DNA from: Eledone cirrhosa
Taxonomy: Eukaryota
Length of the DNA stretch: 64,000 nt
NCBI GenBank assembly: GCA_964016885.1
Contig: OZ024751.1
Location: forward strand, 310,001-374,000
Reading direction: 5' to 3'
The stretch's first letter is position 1. Every line of letters starts with the position of its first letter. A program made the translations under genes and the position numbers. Under the pieces are notes generated by a model. That model saw only the letters and a list, made by a program, of their open reading frames with translations. It made no database searches and had not been told where the DNA came from. Shown here piece after piece: positions 1-11,339 of the stretch.

Positions 1-1379
1 GGTTTAGTCGCCGATGACCTGACCATGAGACAGGTAGTACTAGGTTACATGTTACCAGTAGCACTCCAGAGCAATCTCATACACACATACATATATACAT
101 ATATACATACATATTACACATATATCACATACACACGTGTTTGTGTACTTATGTATATGTGTGTATGTATATTTGTATATATATATATTTACCAAAAAGA
201 AGAACAAGTCAACATCATTGGATACCATCTTGGTTAAGAGAGTGGGACTGGCTTTGTGCAGTGCCTTTGCTCACTATAAAAGCTTCACGGCACAGGCATT
301 GCTTTATACCTGGAGATCTCTCTGCACTTGTCGTCACATGGTACCATGGGCCCAGCACTATATGTCAATAATTGTCACAAGTGTAGTGTTTGTACCAGAG
401 TTTTCAAGTCGCTGGCTGGACTAAAAAGTCACACTCGTTCAGCACATCGGTAGGGGTTCTCCTACATGGATATAAAGTAGTGGCCGTACTCGAAAACGAG
501 TTGGCAGCCACCATATATATATATATATATATATATATTCACACACAGTCAGGAAATGGCTGTTGGACAGGCAAGAGCTCAGCCATCAAGACCCGAGTTT
601 CTCTAATATAAGCTATACTCTACTATCCCTAGTATTGAGTACTCTGTTGAGTAATGGTCTAACTAGTTTTAAACTGGTTAAATCCTTATATATATATGCC
701 CCCCCCCCCCGTAGGTCCCCTACACCCCATACCAATGACCAATGGACAACAACAACCACCCATAGTTTGTGGTCCCTATGGTGGTTGGTCCACCGGATCC
801 TCTACTGGTTAGGAGTCAACAAAACCATGTTTATTGAACCTGAGGACCCCCCCCCCCCCGGAGCGGCCCACACAGGAAGAACAATTATCCCAAGGTACTA
901 ACCCTATACGCATAAATGAGTGCCCGCAACCGTGCACTGTGTGTGTATACTGGGACTGCGTGAATGTACACACTCATGTGAACACAACGAAATACCAATA
1001 CCCCAGGCTGGATTTGAAAAATGTTCGAGTGTATGCTTAAGAGTATATTTGTATATGCTCTGTTGTATGAGTGCACATGTGTATATAGACATACACGCGC
1101 ATCCAAAAGTATAAACGTGTGGGTGGGTATGTATGTCTGTACTAACGGACTCGCCTAAGCTCCAAAGCCCCCAAGCTATTGCTGTGAAGATATATATAAC
1201 ACTCTACCTTTGTCTAGTCTAAACAATAACGCTTCCAAACACCTACTTTACTTTTCTTTAAAAATAACACCCACCTAGTTTTATGTCTGCCTTATACTTG
1301 GATATGGGGGCCTCTGTTGTATATATATATGCACTTGTCCGTACATATATACACACACCTGTATGGATTTGTGTGTGTA

Positions 1380-1640
1380 GATGTGTGTGTGTCTGAGGGG
1401 GTAGGTGTGAGTGTATGTACAAGTCAACCAACATAAGTCTTTTTATTTCTAAAATTTCTAAACTCTCTAAGTATTTGACTCCAACCATTATTTTCAGTAT
1501 TACCACCCCACATTAATTCCCTAATTTGTATGTGTGGATGTGTGTCTCTGTCGGTGGAGGTGGGTGTGAGTGTATGTGCAAGTCAACCTACATAAGTCTT
1601 TTTATTTGTAAATTTTCTAGTCTTCTACTCTAACCATATA
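1380..1640. repeat. Diverged tandem duplication, period about 158 bp
   Basis: gtgtgagtgtatgt(a/g)caagtcaacc(a/t)acataagtctttttattt occurs at about 1405 and about 1563. Confidence 0.7.
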
Positions 1641-1975
1641 TATACCACTCCTTATAAATTCCTCAAATTAACAATGACCTGTAGTATCTATTTCATACTA
1701 TTAACCTCAATTGAACATATATCTGACCAGGAATGCTTTTTGTGAAAATCAGTCATATGGATCTATTGTCATCTTGCCTGACAGTTTGAACTTTACAAGA
1801 CCACCTGCTTCTTTGAGGTCAAATACCAACCCTACTAGCATCTACAAACTGACCAATGAGAATTAAGACTATTCCTGCTGACAACATTAAATTATTCCTA
1901 ACAAGCTCATATGTCCCAAGGCTCTGATACCATCAACACTATAAACACAGAGCTGGCATATCTAAGATCTGACTA

Positions 1976-2031
1976 ACTGCCTGATGAGGTCATAGCCATT
2001 CAATGGCTATCATCGAAATATATATAGCAGT
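1976..2031 (+). ncRNA. Minimal type I hammerhead ribozyme (Penelope-like element type)
   Basis: ACTGC (stem I), CTGATGA core, stem II GGTcATAGCCAT/ATGGCTATcATC, GAAA, stem III AT/AT closed by a palindromic ATAT loop, AUA cleavage triplet, GCAGT (stem I'). AATAAA follows at 2033-2038, then a TA microsatellite. Confidence 0.8.
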
Positions 2032-2072
2032 AAATAAAGGATTATGAGTTCATGCAATTGACTTATGTTTCG

Positions 2073-2076
<4 letters not shown>

Positions 2077-2111
<35 letters not shown>

Positions 2112-2270
2112 GTGATATATATATGTATACATATATATATATGTATACATATTTATATATACACATATGAAATTATAGGCACACATTTATTTATACACAC
2201 ACATATATACACATAGACGCACACTGATATATATATATATATGTATGTATAAACACATATATACACACAC
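2077..2270. repeat. (TA)n/(CA)n compound microsatellite
   Basis: Directly visible in the sequence. Confidence 0.9.
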
Positions 2271-2504
2271 TAGTATACTAATACATCATTATCAAAAGTT
2301 ATAGTAATGATGTATCACCTCCCACTCCCCCCTTCTCCTCCTTACCATCTCTGTTTATTACTAGAAGCCAGTAATAGCTGATATCTCTCTATCTCTTCAC
2401 ATCCTGTTTAAAATGATAGAAACCTTCCATGGAACACTTCAAACTGGAGCCAGTTATTTAAAACCTCCTTACACAAATACACAGATATATACTAAATAAG
2501 TTAA

Positions 2505-3345
2505 CTGTCTCTATGTGGATACTTATCGTGCTAGAAATAACAGCCAAATTTTCATATAAATCATATGCTGTCGCTATGTGGCTACCTATAATTGAGACAG
2601 ACAGAGATATATGTATATGAAGATATAATTCTCTCTTGTATACACCAGGTCCGAACACAAAAAAAAAAAACTCCCACTGCCTCCGTCTCTCCCACTCTCC
2701 CACTATTATGAGCAAATGGGTGTCCATATGCTGGCCACCCCACAGCCACAGCAGACAGAATGGAGAAAGTGTTTCTGTGGAGGATGGTAACGGAGACGCT
2801 CTGGAAGAGACATTCCAGCTCGTGAGGCTCACACTTGCAAGTAGCCAACTGTGTGCCAATGGTGTTGAGCAGAGAGGTGGCCCTAGGACCAAGGACACCA
2901 GAAGTCTCCACTCCCATGGGCTTGACCGCAAACCTGTCGGAGAGTGACCAATATGTCATACTAGAAATAGCAGCCAAATTTTCTTCAAATCTTATGCAAC
3001 ACTGCTGCCTCTATGTTACAACTGATCGTGCGAGAAATTGCAGCCAAATATTTATCAAATCATACACAACTCTGCTGCCTCAATGTGGCTACATATCGTG
3101 CTAGAAATAACAGACAAATTTTCATCAAAATCTTCATATGTTTCTGTCTTAAATATACAAAAATACTAAACAACACTGCTACTTCTATGTGGTCACTTAT
3201 TCTACTAGAAATTGACGTCAAATCTCTTTATACTAAACAATGGTGATGATCTATTGATCTATGTGGCCATTATTCAGCTAGAAATAGCAGTCAAATCTTA
3301 CTTCAAATTATATGCTACTGTCTTAAATATACAGATATACTAAAC
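2505..3345. repeat. Degenerate tandem repeat with core atgtggctac..atcgtgctagaaata(a/g)cagccaaat, about 6 copies
   Basis: Core recurs at about 2531, 2961, 3031, 3101, 3205 and 3277, interrupted by the CRE-like fragment. Confidence 0.75.
2600..2950 (-). mobile_element. 3' fragment of a CRE-like (REL endonuclease) non-LTR retrotransposon
   Basis: Peptide FAVKPMGVETSGVLGPRA..LL..IG..LA....EPHE...LFQSVSVTILHRNTFSIL resembles the P...ET.G..G..A...EPRE...L.QR.SVA.QRGNA.SIL C-terminus of CRE-type elements (recalled). It sits inside a tandem repeat. Confidence 0.65.
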
Positions 3346-3354
3346 AATGATGAC

Positions 3355-3920
3355 AGTCAGACCTCTGTCTGTGGTCAGACAACTATCTGTAGTCAGACCT
3401 CTGTGATCAGACCTTTGTAGCCAGACCTCTGTCTGTAGTCAAACCTCTGTAGTCAGACTTCTGCAGCCAGACCTCTGTAGTCAGACTTCTGCAGCCAGAC
3501 CTCTGTAGTCAGACTTCTGCAGCCAGACCTCTGTCTGTAGTCAAACCTCTGTAGTCAGACTTCTGTAGCCAGACCTCTGTCCGTAGTCAGACTTCTGTAG
3601 CCAGACCTCTGTCCGTAGTCAAACCTCTGTAGTCAAACCTCTGTAGTCTGGCCTCTGTAGTCAAACCTCTGTAGTCAGACTTCTGTAGCCAGACCTCTGT
3701 CTGTAGTCAAACCTCTGTAAACAGACTTCTGTAGTCAAACCTCTGTAGTCAGACCTCTGTAGTCTGGCCTCTGTAGTCAAACCTCTGTAGTCAGACTTCT
3801 GTAGCCAGACCTCTGTCTGTAGTCAAACCTCTGTAGACAGACTTCTGTAGTCAAACCTCTGTAGTCAAACCTCTGTAGTCAGACCTCTGTAGTCTGGCCT
3901 CTATCTGTGGTCAGACCTCA
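3355..3920. repeat. 14-bp minisatellite (AGTCAGACCTCTGT)n with 18-bp variants
   Basis: Directly visible tandem array. Confidence 0.95.
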
Positions 3921-4016
3921 TTAGTCTTCGAGTAGAAGAAACTAGGAAAATTAGGCTATAGTAAAGATACTTGCTCAAGATGCCTTGCCATGGAATAGAA
4001 CCCCAGCCATGTAGTT

Positions 4017-4350
4017 CATCATTTCATTTTACATCCACTTTTCCCTGCTTGCAAAGGTGGGACAGGAACTGATTCTGGCTTGATTTCTACAGCTGGATGC
4101 CCTTCCTAACATCAACCTCATTTACAGTGAGTGCTGGGTGCTTTTTTACCGTGGCACCTCCACGACCACTTTGCAGTGGAATGATAGGGACCCCAGTCCC
4201 TATCATCTCATTTCTACAGCTGAGTAAACTGGAGCAATGTGAAATAAAGTGTCTTGCTCAAGGAAACAACACATCACCTGGTCTGAGAATTGAACTCACA
4301 ACCTTTCAATTGCAAGGCCAATACTCTAACCACTAAGCCATGTGCCTCCA
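4017..4350 (-). mobile_element. tRNA-derived CORE-type SINE with RTE-like tail, full length
   Basis: Reverse complement of 13773-14117 with few differences. Pol III A and B boxes, CORE-like CCTTGAGCAAGACACTT...CAGTTTACTCAGCTGTAGAAATG, short (GAT)n tail. Confidence 0.88.
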
Positions 4351-4531
4351 TGTGCCTCCATTGAAAAACAGAAATACTTTAACCATACAATTGTCTGCAC
4401 CTGTAAATATGAAAGATGTGAGATAAATGTAAATTTTAATAAGTGAAAAAAATTAAAAATTAAATATTAAATTTCATTTTTTTTTCAAAATAGTTTACAA
4501 AAAAAAAAAAATGGTTTATCTTTTTTGTTTG

Positions 4532-4537
4532 TTTATT
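4532..4537 (-). promoter_or_regulatory. Candidate polyadenylation signal of SLC35B4
   Basis: AATAAA on the minus strand about 133 nt after the stop, followed by a T-rich downstream tract. An ATTAAA alternative lies at about 4435-4440. Confidence 0.4.
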
Positions 4538-4669
4538 TTTTTACTATAAATGATTTTTGTTGGGGTAAAAAAAGAGTCCAGTGGAGTCATGGAGTGCTTT
4601 TTTGAAAATTCCTGCAACTACTGTGAAGGTGACATCTCTTTACTAATAGTGAGATGTTTTGTGGGTAAA

Positions 4670-4910
4670 TTACTCTGCCTTCTTATGGGAAGTAGTGAAC
4701 ATGCTGGTGACCTGTTGTACAACCTCTGTAAAGATTAGAGTACCGCCAAAGACTAGGGCAGCGCCAAGCCAATGAAATGTCGTGAATGGATTCTGAAAGT
4801 ACCAGATTGAGAAAAGCAAACTGACAAATTTCCTCAGGGTTACCACAAGGGTTACGGTTAAAGAAGCACATTCGGTAGTGAGAATAAAGACACTACGTAT
4901 ACACACATAC
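4670..4910 (-). CDS. SLC35B4: SLC35B4 terminal coding exon (YVCIRSVFILTTECASLTVTLVVTLRKFVSLLFSIWYFQNPFT...KKAE*)
   Basis: Acceptor tatacag. Peptide is nearly identical to the SLC35B4/YEA4 C-terminal region. TAA stop at 4670-4672. C-terminal KKAE is a KKxx dilysine motif. Confidence 0.97.
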
Positions 4911-5410
4911 CTGTATAATAGATAAGGAAAGAATATTGATTTTTATTTGGGGCACAACGCTAACACAAGGCCAACAATGTATTTTTGGTGGTGGGAAGGG
5001 CAAATTTGTCCATTTGTCATTAACACACACCATACACACACTACCACACACTACATATAGTCGTCTATATTCACTGTCCCTATGTCACTACTACATACCA
5101 TCACATCTTACACAGTCATCTACATCTACCAACATTTAACTGATATTTTATTGACTCTGGAAGGATGAAAAATAATAATAATGTTTCTACTTTTGGCACA
5201 AGGCCAGCAATTACCCCAGTGCATTACTGGTGTTTTATTTTACCAAGCCCTTAAGGATGAAGGGCAAAGCTAACCGTGGCAGGATTTGAACTCAGAATGC
5301 AAAGGGCCATAACTCTATGCTGCAAAGCATGTTGTCTGACCCTCTACTGATACTGCCAATCCACCGCCCTTAATAGTAATAATAATGTTGATAGTTGAAA
5401 AAAAGGATAC
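4911..5410 (-). other. U12-type (minor spliceosome) GT-AG intron, 500 bp
   Basis: 5' splice site GTATCCTTTT matches the RTATCCTT consensus. Branch-site-like TTTCCTTATC at 4921-4930 ends 10 nt before the intron end. No polypyrimidine tract lies between it and the AG. Confidence 0.88.
5180..5372 (-). mobile_element. Second SINE family, copy inside the U12-type intron
   Basis: Shares ggcacaaggccagcaatt, accccagtgcattact, aaggatgaa(a/g)ggcaaagctaac and gatttgaactcaga with copies at 6068-6290 and 10262-10470. (ATT)n tail on the minus strand. Confidence 0.75.
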
Positions 5411-5486
5411 TGTGTTAATATATTTCCCAGCAGAAACAACCACATTTTCGGTACAGCATAGTTAATTACAGGTACTATAATTGGAG
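5411..5486 (-). CDS. SLC35B4: SLC35B4 penultimate exon (76 bp; APIIVPVINYAVPKMWLFLLGNILT-Q)
   Basis: Acceptor cctacag and donor CA|gtatcctttt. P.MW..LL.NI.TQ motif. Phases 1 and 2 fit the neighbouring exons. Confidence 0.92.
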
Positions 5487-6067
5487 CTGTAGGATAACAA
5501 AAAAAAGAAGGTAGAAAACTTAGGTGAGGGTCCTTTGAAGAAAAATTTAACATTCAAAAATATCTTTACAACATATCATAACACAAATATTTTTATATTA
5601 TTTGTAATAAATCTTACGATATATTGAAGTGTTTGGGTAATTTGAAATTTGAAGCAGAATCCAAATAGAATACTTATAAATAATAATAGCTTTAATTGGG
5701 ATTAATAATGTTAGGGACAGAGGAAAGTGACCTGTGGCCACTACAAAGAATCAAATTTTGTGTCTCGCAAATTCTGGTCAAGCATGTTACCACTACACCA
5801 AATGACAGCTGACAACAGTTTCTGTCCAAATTAGGAAATGCTTTTGCAGTCTTGTCCACAGGGTGCAGCCCCAACACCGCTGTGTCCTAGGTTCAGAGCC
5901 CATCAGCCTCCCTCTTCCCCCTCTCATTCTTCTGTGACCCTAGAGCCCTTGCCTTTCCCTTCATTTTTATTAATAAAATATATAACAGTTTTTGCAACTA
6001 AAGCAAGGAGTGGAATGCTGGTATCATTTGAAATGTTGGAATCCAAAGACAGAAATCCCTATGAATA

Positions 6068-6290
6068 ATGGTTTCTGATTTAGGCACAATGCCAACAATT
6101 TTGAGGGAGAGGAAAGTCGATTAAATCGACCCCAGTGCATTATTGATACTTTATTTTATTGACTCCCATAAGGATGAAAGGCAAAGCTAACTTTGGCGGG
6201 ATTTGAACTCAGAGTGTAAAGGGTCGTAACTCTGTGCTGCACAACACATTGTTCGATGCTCTACCGATTACTGTCAATCCACTGCACTAT
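6068..6290 (-). mobile_element. Second SINE family copy
   Basis: Same motifs as the 5180-5372 copy. B-box-like GAGTTCAAATCC on the minus strand. Confidence 0.75.
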
Positions 6291-6506
6291 AAGTAATAAT
6301 AGCTTAAGCAAATTGAGTAAAATACTCCTAGGGATGGAAAATAAAGGGGCAGTAGCTGTCATGTCTCTCAAATTAAACATAAAGGGTCGTAACTCTATGC
6401 CATAAAGCATGTCCGATGTTCTGCTAATACTGCCAACAACAATAACAACTATCTCAATTTACATTAAGATAATAATCAGTGGAATATTTTAAAACACTTC
6501 ACTTAC

Positions 6507-6582
6507 CTGACTGTGAAAATATTAGCACATGTCGGTAAATATCTGGAGCCAGAAGTAAAAATCCAGGAAGTGGAAGAGCATG
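6507..6582 (-). CDS. SLC35B4: SLC35B4 internal exon (76 bp; HALPLPGFLLLAPDIYRHVLIFSQS)
   Basis: Acceptor ttgtag and donor CAG|gtaagt. HALPLPGF..LA.DIY.H motif. Too short to appear in the ORF track. Confidence 0.95.
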
Positions 6583-6699
6583 CTACAATGAGAAATAAAG
6601 AAATATTGTACACAGCTCCTCTCTGTGTAAACGAAATAGTCCCTCATCATCACTTAATGTCCCTTTTTCCATGCTAACATGTGTAAATGAAATATATTA

Positions 6700-6870
6700 A
6701 AGCACCCAGTACTCACTGTAGATGAGGTTGGTGTTAGAAAAGGCATCCAGCTGCAGAAACCAAGCCAGAACCTGTATGAGCAAGACCTGGTCACCTGACC
6801 TAGACAATTCGTCTAACCCATGCTAGTGTGGAAGATGGACGTAAAACGGTGGTGACAATGATGATGATGG
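6700..6870 (+). mobile_element. RTE-type 3' tail fragment (SINE or LINE)
   Basis: cacccagtactcactgta..gaggttggtgttagaaaaggcatccagctg...cccatgctagtgtggaagatggacgtaaaac followed by (GAT)n. Confidence 0.7.
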
Positions 6871-7597
6871 CACTCCATTGGTTACAAGTGTCCCAGTTGA
6901 TACGATTAACAAAAAAGCCTGCTAGTGAAAATAACGTGTAAGTGGCTGAGCATGCATATCCTTATTCCCGCCACCGGGACACAAACTCATGACCTTACAA
7001 TTGTGAGCTGAATACCTTAACCTCAAAGCCACGCATCTTCACATGAAATAGTCCCTCATCATCATCTCTTAACGTCTCTTTTTCCATGCTAAGATGGGTT
7101 GGATGGATGTCCACAGACCAAGTCAGTACTTAATTGCAGTAACTGACCTTTCAGACGGGCTCAAGGCCTTCATCTCACATATACTCCACCACTTTACAGA
7201 GAGGACTGGGTGCATTTTACCATGGTACTGGCACTAGGCAAATTGTCAGGTCCTTAACACAACGTCTTCTCAACCCTTTGTTTAGCATGGTTTCTACAGC
7301 TGGGTACCTTTTCTAGTATACAGGATACCTTTTATAGTACCAACCAGTTTATAGTATACAGGGTACCTTTTATAGTACCAACCAGTTTATGGTAGACTGG
7401 GCACCTTTTCTCAGAGCACAGACACTAGGGTGGTTGGCCTGTCCTTAACACAACTAAAAAGTTCTTTCAACCCTATGTTTGGCAGGTGAGTAACAGTCGA
7501 AACAGAAAGAGCTCAACCATAGGGCAGAAAATTATAATATATATATAATTATAATATATATATTACCCATTCTTATTCATCCCACTTCTCTTTCTCC

Positions 7598-7628
<31 letters not shown>

Positions 7629-7839
7629 CACACATATACATATATATACATATATATATATATACCAAAAGCAACAACTACCTCTTATTTTCCATGCAAC
7701 ACCATTATATCGAACCAAAGCCTGGAAGGAAGATTGACTGCCGGGTCCCACCCTGCCTCATATAGCCATGGACAGCCTGGGAAATTCACCTGACTGCAAC
7801 TGCACGAACCAAAACACCCGAAACACTGTGAATGCAACT

Positions 7840-8005
7840 GACTCTGCAGTTGCTGCCCATGTCTCACTACCATGCAGCATTGCGCTCCTCACACAGGCAT
7901 CATATAACCAGCCTTTCGTACGCAGGGAGAAACCCTTCTTCGTCAGCAGAGGAAGCAGCTCCCTAAAATTCTTCCAACCCGTCCTTTTTCTAGATACTAT
8001 GGCCT
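7840..8005 (-). mobile_element. RTE LINE ORF fragment
   Basis: Minus-strand translation RTGWKNFRELLPLLTKKGFSLRTKGWLYDACVRSAMLHGSETWA is paralogous to the LINE at about 15050-15190. Confidence 0.8.
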
Positions 8006-8936
8006 GGAACCTCCTTTATATATATATATATATATATATATTTTCCTTTATTTTCTTTATAATCCCATTTTTCCCATTCATCCTTACTCATTTGTACCTT
8101 TTCTTATATTTTCCCTTAAATCATCAATGTATTATATTGTCTCCACCGGATTGACTGGGATACCAACTACTTGATTACTTAATTTTTACATTTGTTACAT
8201 TAGATACTTTAAATATTTCCTGTCATTCTCGATAAGAGGTCAGTTTTTTTCCAATGGAGTCATCACAATTTAATATCCAGCCCTGAACCCAATCCCTAAT
8301 ACGAATATACACTTTAGCCAGTTAGATTTTATTCTTAGTATATTGACTGTTGTATAGTTTTCTGGACTTCTAACTTTTAACGTCTGAAATTTGAAATTTT
8401 GGGGATTTTGGGGTCGTGAAACCTTAAATATTTTCTATGATAAGTTATATTAACCATAGCAGTAGGTAACTTTCTCACTTTTGGGTTGATGGTCAGTATA
8501 TTATCCTGCCATAAACGGGTAGTGGGTACGAAGGCACTAGATACTGCTGGCCACCAAAGCTAGCAGTAAATAAATTTTAGCTGGTCTGAACTCCAACTGA
8601 CCATATAGGGTTGTCGGGTGAGGTGGTGGGGGACTGGTAAATAGAGAGAACAAATAAGGTTGGTGGTATTCTTGGTTGGAGTTGAGTGGTCAGCCACCCA
8701 CACCGCTGTGACTAAGCAGGGCTGTCAGGATATTCTGAAAAATTAGAAGGGCGCAGGCACTCAAAGCAAAAACACACATTTTCTTAGTCCGCTCCCTTCC
8801 ATCCAAAATAGCTTCGGAAATGTTACCTTTTAATCAATTTTTGCTGTCTGGAGAAATCATGATATCTATCGTCATTGAAATATAACGGCTCAAATAATAA
8901 AAGACTCATCTTCAACTTCACATTTTCCTCTTTATT

Positions 8937-9051
8937 AATATATATATACATATATATATGATATATATAGATGATGATGATATACATATATATATACATA
9001 TATATATATACATATATATATATACATATATATATACATATATATATATAC

Positions 9052-9130
<79 letters not shown>

Positions 9131-9193
9131 CATATATATATGATATATATAGATGATGATGATATACATATATATATACATATATATATATAC

Positions 9194-9224
<31 letters not shown>

Positions 9225-9325
9225 CATATATACATATATATATATACATATATGTATATATATATGTATATATATATATATTAATAAAGAGGAAAATATA
9301 TATACATATATATACATATATATAT
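8937..9325. repeat. (TA)n/TACA compound microsatellite
   Basis: Directly visible; source of the spurious YI-repeat ORFs. Confidence 0.95.
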
Positions 9326-9974
9326 AAAATTAACTCGAAAATAGAGTTTTGAGATGCGAGTGTATTAGGATTCTAAGGGAAATGGGAAAACTCGGCGTGC
9401 ATTCATTTTTTCTTTCTCTCCATTCTCTCTCACTGCTCCCTATCTTTCCCCCTCCCACTGTCACCTTCTTCCTCCCCCTCTCTCCCTTCTACAGGCCAGC
9501 TCTACTGACGCCAATATTCTTCCTTTCTCGCGATGACTTGGGGTCGATCAGACACACTTCATCTCTCTCTCTCTAACCTGTCCCAATACAAACATCATAT
9601 GAACGAAGATATTTGTTTCTCCATTACGAGCCTCCTATCCCCTGCAGTAATCTCATTAATTCGTTGAAACTGCAGAAGGTTGACATCTGAAGAGCATTAT
9701 TTAATGCTTGTGATCTGTTCACTTTCATACATTCTTTTTCCTCCTTCCTGTCTTCTCTTCCTTTCTTCGGGTCAACTCACATCTAACCACGGATCTCTGT
9801 CCTTCGAGGTAATATTTTACCCAACGCCACTTCAACAGCGTTTTGCTGTTCTAACAGCTTCCATACACCAAGTTTTCCCATTTCCCTGAGAATATATATA
9901 TCAAATTAAATTGTTAAAAACTCACAATATTATTTGAACACATATATTTATGTGTATTTCTCTCTTTACTGTGT

Positions 9975-10010
<36 letters not shown>

Positions 10011-10261
10011 AAGTGGTTGGAGATAGGAAGGGCATCTGGTGATAGAAAACTTGCCACACAAAGGAACAATAGGACTCTTCCTGTCAGTGTTGATAACATG
10101 ATAAAATGCACCAGGTGCACTCAGTAGAGTGCAGAAAGATATGAAAGTGAGATGCAGCCCCTGGCCCATCTCAGAGGTCAGTAACATTGATTAAATACTG
10201 ATTTTGTCGGTGATGACTCATCTAATCCTTGCTAGCAGAGAACACAGGTGTTAAATGATGA

Positions 10262-10470
10262 TGGTTTCTGATTTAGGCACAAAGCCAACAATTTTGGGAG
10301 AGGGGAAAGTCAATTAAATCGACCCCAGTGCATTACTGTGTCACAAAGTATGTTGTCCAATGCTCTACTGATACTAGCAGGATTTGAACTCACAACATAA
10401 AGGAATGGGAACAAAGTCCACAAAACATTTTATCCGACGCTCCACTGGTTCTGCCAATTCATCGTTCTTG
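10262..10470 (-). mobile_element. Second SINE family copy, internally rearranged
   Basis: tggtttctgatttaggcacaa...aaatcgaccccagtgcatta is nearly identical to 6068-6143. Confidence 0.65.
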
Positions 10471-10608
10471 ATGATGATGATAATAATGAAAAAAATTTAT
10501 TAAAACATTTAAAAAAGAACGGAAAGTTAAGGTAGGAGTTAATATTGAGTATTGACTTAGTCTGTGACAAACTGTCCAACTCTTGCTAGCAGGCAAAACA
10601 GGGGTTAA

Positions 10609-10840
10609 CCCTTTAGTTACCAACCCAGCCAAAACTAGCTCTGGTTCTATGAAATAAAACCACCCAATTTAAAGGTTTCCAATTTAAATTGAAATCTTCC
10701 AAAGTAATTTTATATAAAACCCTTACATTAAGTTACTATCTTAATAATGAAATAATTAATAATTTTAGTAAATCCCTCAAAATTCTTCATTAATTACTTA
10801 AGATAGAGTATCTTTCATTAGAAATGTGCCCGTGAAAGGG
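10609..10840 (+). mobile_element. piggyBac-type MITE (232 bp)
   Basis: TTAA|CCCTTT...AAAGGG|TTAA termini. Removing it restores a SINE tail (gctagcag...gttaaa..gatgatg) like that at about 10230-10262. A second copy lies at 22876-23104. Confidence 0.8.
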
Positions 10841-11202
10841 TTAAAGCATTGTGATGATGATGATTAAAAAAATCTATTAAAACCCTTTAAAAGGAACTGA
10901 AAGTTAAGATCTACTAAATATAAATAAAATCTTTGAAGCTATGAAAAGATTCAACATTTTCATTTTCATAGGCATAATGTGAAATTTTATTTATATTTTA
11001 TTTTATTTTTTTTATTACTTGTCTCACTAGCTCTTTTTGATTACCAACTATAAAGAGTACTCAATACTTCTCCTAGTCTGCATGGCTTACTCGTTCTATA
11101 CGGACGTTTAAATTGAATAAATAAATAAGATAGAAGTTAGTGGCGGTGCCCCACCGTCGGCTGAAACACATAATACTGAAATAGAAGTCAATATTAACTT
11201 AC

Positions 11203-11312
11203 ATTGAAGAATAACGCTTCAGATGGATGTTTACCAAACTCCTTATATATAACCTCTTGGAAGATTCCCATTCTGGCTGACATAAACAGGGCAAATAACA
11301 ACAAAAATATTC
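11203..11312 (-). CDS. SLC35B4: SLC35B4 internal exon (110 bp; GIFLLLFALFMSARMGIFQEVIYKEFGKHPSEALFFN)
   Basis: Poly-T tract plus ccag acceptor, donor AAT|gtaagt. Contains the conserved MSARMGIFQE..YK.FGKH..EALF.N motif. Confidence 0.95.
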
Positions 11313-11339
11313 CTGGAAAGAAAAAAAAAAATGAAGGAC

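Noticed and set aside
8050-8820. Possible decayed LINE 5' region or ORF1 on the minus strand
   Set aside because: Multiple stops and no motif I can identify with confidence.
8823-9352. YI-repeat ORFs
   Set aside because: Translations of the (TA)n microsatellite.
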